Source: Haliotis cracherodii (Eukaryota). Taken from it: a DNA stretch of 64,000 nucleotides. Of this stretch, positions 62,369-64,000 are shown in pieces. Each line of letters begins with the position of its first letter. The first letter of the stretch is position 1. The translations under genes and the position numbers were made by a program. The notes beneath the pieces were generated by a model. That model searched no databases. It was given only the letters and a program-made list of their open reading frames with translations, and was not told the origin of the DNA. The stretch is from contig NW_027266267.1 in the NCBI RefSeq assembly GCF_022045235.1, positions 42,656,001-42,720,000 of the forward strand, written 5' to 3'.

Positions 62369-63361
62369 GTTGAAAATATAAATGATATCCTTTGTTTATA
62401 AAACGTTCGAAGAAGATAAATTCTCCCAAATAGCATGCAGTATTCTATGTAAGGATTTCGTCAGTGTAAACGGTGGATATAGGTCTTATTAGTGTACTAT
62501 TTTAATTGTTCAGGGCCTATTGGTCTAAAGCGTCTATGTGCTGCCCGTGATCGTTGGTTCGAGTCCCAGACTCGCCTTTATTATCTGCTCTTGGGTTTCA
62601 CCAAAAGTGATAAACCTGAATCCAGATTTTAATAAAAACGGAATATGACGGGGAGCGTGTAGTAAGATATATGTGTTACTCAAGTACATGTTGTACATTG
62701 TGTAAATTCAACGTTCCTTTTTCGAGTGATATCAGAAGGGTCAATTGGGAGTAGGTAAATATCCTTCTAGGAGTAGAGTAGACTTTGTTTGGCATTTGTC
62801 CAGTGCTACCGCGATGCTACCTTTCGAACGAGTGAGTGAGTTAAAATTTTACGTCGCAACGGCATTATTTCAGTCATATTACGACTCCATTCGAATGACC
62901 ATAATATGTTCTTCGGTTTTAAACCCCTCCTCTCCTGCTGCTTACTTTAAAATCTGATGTATAATAGTCCAAAGTTCTACACTATACTTATCATGATAAT
63001 GGTTGGTTTTGATCAAGTGACCCTTGGCTCAATACTCCTCGAAACAATAACGCCATCAACTCAAATACTATTTAAACAAACTGCCGATAAAAAAAAATGT
63101 TTGCAAGTAAGACAATTAATTGATGAATATTACATGACTAGGAGAGACAATATTACACCGTTTTTCCAATCTGTTTCAGTATGTAATATCACAGTGTTTG
63201 CTCAAATGTTTATAATGCCACTTGAAGAGCCTCTAACAGCTGATCTTCCTATTCAGTGAAAACAGCATCAGGAGTGACGCCCTCCCTCCTCTTCAGCTGC
63301 TCACGTCGTGAAGAAACATCGCTGCCAAACTTCTTCAATGTGCTCACTGTGTCAGTGGGGT

Positions 63362-63476
63362 TTATGAGACAATATTTGCATCCTTGGCGAGTGAGTAGAA
63401 CATGGAGTTTGTGTCTTCCAGCAGTGACTTGGGACTTGCAAACTCCTCGATCTCACCCGCTGACAGCACCATGATC
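63362..63476 (-). CDS. Terminal coding exon of an upstream tandem ABCC/MRP paralog (IMVLSAGEIEEFASPKSLLEDTNSMFYSLAKDANIVS*)
   Basis: ctccag|G ATC ATG GTG; TAA at 63362-63364; typical MRP C-terminus; upstream repeats encode VITIAHRLNTILDYDR. Confidence 0.9.
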
Positions 63477-63609
63477 CTGGAGAGAGTCATGTTGACGTGT
63501 GAATGTGAACGTTTAACGTTGAAGCAAGACAGAAGGTGGTTAGCTGCCATTTACAATCAGAATACTCCGTGCAAGTCGTAATGGCCAACACTACGTCATC
63601 TTGCCTTTA

Positions 63610-64000
63610 AACACTGACCTGTTCAAGTGATGGATAGTGTTCAGCCTGTGAGCTATAGTGATGATACACTGACCTGTCATAGTCTAGGATAGTATTCAGC
63701 CTGTGAGCTATAGTTATGACACACTGACCTGTCATAGTCTAGGATAGTGTTCAGCCTGTGAGCTATAGTGATGACACACTGACCTGTCATAGTCTAGGAT
63801 AGTATTCAGCCTGTGAGCTATAGTGATGACACACTGACCTGTCATAGTCTGGGATAGTGTTCAGCCTGTGAGCTATGGTGATGATACACTGACCTGTCAT
63901 AGTCTAGGATAGTATTCAGCCTGTGAGCTATAGTTATGACACACTGACCTGTCATAGTCTAGGATAGTGTTCAGCCTGTGAGCTATAGTGATGACACACT
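63610..64000 (-). repeat. 55-bp tandem repeat: penultimate ABCC exon 3' end (VITIAHRLNTILDYDR) + gtcagt donor, >=7 copies, runs off window
   Basis: cactgacc at 63613, 63667, 63722, 63777 ... Confidence 0.93.

Overview
Eukaryotic (invertebrate) genomic DNA, probably a marine mollusc or gastropod; this is inferred only from the tRNA-derived SINE families with (TCAC)n/(AACC)n tails. The window is dominated by a multi-exon ABCC1/MRP1-type ABC transporter gene on the minus strand. I resolved 21 GT-AG exons by hand between 35722 and 596. Their phases are compatible and they join into 3735 nt (1245 codons) covering TMD0, L0, TMD1, NBD1, the linker and the start of TMD2; the gene runs off the window start. 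The last exon of a second, tandem ABCC paralog lies at 63362-63476. The most striking feature is that at least 11 of the 21 exons, plus the paralog, have a tandem array whose unit spans the exon-intron junction. The unit is either exon 3' end + GT donor, repeated downstream, or AG acceptor + exon 5' start, repeated upstream, giving 2 to about 44 extra splice-site copies per junction. Two SINEs have inserted exactly at donors, with TSDs that duplicate the junction. The 40-62 kb region holds nested LINE debris (an RNase H LINE with two CR1-like insertions), a MULE fragment, a local direct duplication and a >1 kb inverted repeat. Most long ORFs in the supplied track are translations of minisatellites.
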